Shown: in pieces, positions 62,471 to 64,000 of the stretch
Position numbering within the stretch: position 1 is the first letter of the stretch
Layout: each line of letters opens with the position of its first letter
Assembly (NCBI GenBank): GCA_013265495.1
Contig: MU058451.1
Span: forward strand, 760,584-824,583
From: Vicugna vicugna
Lineage: Eukaryota
Length of the DNA: 64,000 bases
Direction: 5' to 3'
Program-made: the position numbers and the translations under genes
The notes under the pieces: model-generated
What the model was told of the DNA's origin: nothing
The model's database searches: none
What the model saw: only the letters and a program-made list of their open reading frames with translations

Positions 62471-63379
62471 TCCTCTCTGCCTGTAGTATTGTTGGGGGTA
62501 TCAACTGGAGAAGTAAGCAAGAAACAGAAAAGTCTTAGAATCTCTTTTTCTTCTAAATTTTTAACACTTCAGTCCTTTGAATACATTTATTGAAATCATC
62601 TGTTCTGCTCTAAGGACAAAAATCTGCTTTTAGAAATAGGGTACAAATAATCTATAATAAAAAAGTTTAGCTCTAAATCCAGAAAACTTAAAAAAATGGC
62701 CAGGATCTTTAGGAAATCATACAGTTCAAATTCTTGATTTCTGTGGTGGTAGAAGCAACAGTTAAGTGACTTTAAAGTGGTACCATTCTAGTTACTGGAT
62801 GTATTTGATTCTAATTAATATAATTGGCAGAAATTTCTGTTGAATGCTATGTTTCTAAGTAAAAACATCTCTCTCAATGAATACTGAGTAACCTCCTGTG
62901 GTACAATCTATATATTAATTCATTAGTCCCAGCATTTAACTGGGTCACAGCTAGCAATTCTATACTGAAGTTCAACTCAGCCTTACTGGGGGTGTGTTTT
63001 GGGATTGTGTTATCTTAGGAAGGACAGTAGGAAGAAGTTCCATCACTCTCAAAGGTGCACTTGGCTGGTTTTTTAAAAATTGTCTTTTCAAAGCGTTTTA
63101 CGTGACTCTTGGTCTTGGATGGACTGTGTGTTAGAGTAGATTCAAATGGTGTTTTGAGGTAGTGCTTGGCCCCGTCTGTATACATCCCCAGGTCACTTCT
63201 ACGTGGAGTCCCCTTTTTCAGACATCTGGTTCCTTGTAGCATTTAAATTTCATCTCCTCAAGGAAGCCTTCGGCGGCCCGGGACTGGGGCAGTTCCTCTT
63301 CTCCACATCCTCTCAGCACCCCTGCTTCCTCTCTCTGAACTGATTCATTGTAGTTTCCTAGGGCACGTGCTCTCTAGAT

Positions 63380-63580
63380 CACTGGTTCTGCAGGGGATAT
63401 TTGGCAACATCTGGAGACAGTTTTGCTTGTCACAACTGGTGGCATTGCTACTGGTATGCAGTAGAGAGAAGCCAGGGGTACAGCCAAACCCCCTATGCTG
63501 CACAGGACAGCCCCCCACCCCAACAAAGGGTTATCCAACCCCAAACATCACAGTGCTGATGATGCCCTAGATTGATTTGC
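63380..63580 (+). mobile_element. MER20 DNA transposon
   Basis: 'ggggatatttggcaacatctggagacagttttgcttgtcacaactgg...ctgcacaggacagcccccc'. Confidence 0.85.
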
Positions 63581-64000
63581 CATTTCCATGAGGGCCCCAG
63601 AGTGGCCAAGGCAGCTTCGGTCCTGTCTGGTAGACTAGCACACAAATCTCTAGAAAATAAGTACTCAGTAAGTGTTGAATTACTTTTTTTAAAATTTCTT
63701 TTTCTGGGGAGGGGGCAGGGGAATCCTTGCTCACCACCTCCTCCACGAGAGGGAATAACCTTCCAAGAGGAGTTTTGTTCTAAGACTACATGAAACATGC
63801 TTTGGGATGATTTTTTAAACCTGCTCCGTTCACAAAGAGAGACCAATAACTAGGGATTCATTATAATGAAAAGGCATTTAAGCCAGGAGCCTTCTTGGAT
63901 TGTGCAGTGCATTAATGAAAAGCTTTAAAAAACAGCATTTATTACAATAGACTGCTTGTCTTTGAGAGTTTTCTAAGTATAAATGAATCAGTAGGGGAGA

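Noticed and set aside
63015-63242. 75-aa minus ORF with a protein-like appearance (GTRCLKKGTPRRSDLG...)
   Set aside because: Weak acceptor (ctacaag|), no recognised homology and no linked exon.

Overview
Mammalian genomic DNA, AT-rich and mostly CpG-depleted, with four N gaps. I see no Alu, BovB/Bov-A or PRE-1 elements. The young L1 3' tails resemble camelid (camel/alpaca) L1s, so a camelid source is my inference from repeat content, not a database result. The window is dominated by ancient repeats (MIR, L2, MLT1 LTRs, MER5/MER20, a Tigger2-type MITE) and by many 5'-truncated L1 3' ends, several with clear target-site duplications (TSDs). I cannot recognise any protein-coding gene. The supplied ORFs are short, often lie in repeats or gaps, and match no family I know. 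The main non-repeat signal is a small CpG island near 57.1-57.3 kb with a perfect + strand donor, probably a promoter or first exon. A set of well-formed minus-strand candidate exons could belong to a divergent transcript. The most unusual structures are: (1) a 363-bp TSD-flanked element made of an L1 5' head fused directly to an L1 3' tail; (2) a 227-bp tandem duplication that begins inside the TSD of a young L1; (3) two twin-primed (5'-inverted) L1s. No prokaryotic-type system, CRISPR array, tRNA or rRNA is supported. Repeat family names come from remembered consensus similarity, and repeat boundaries are approximate unless a TSD is given.
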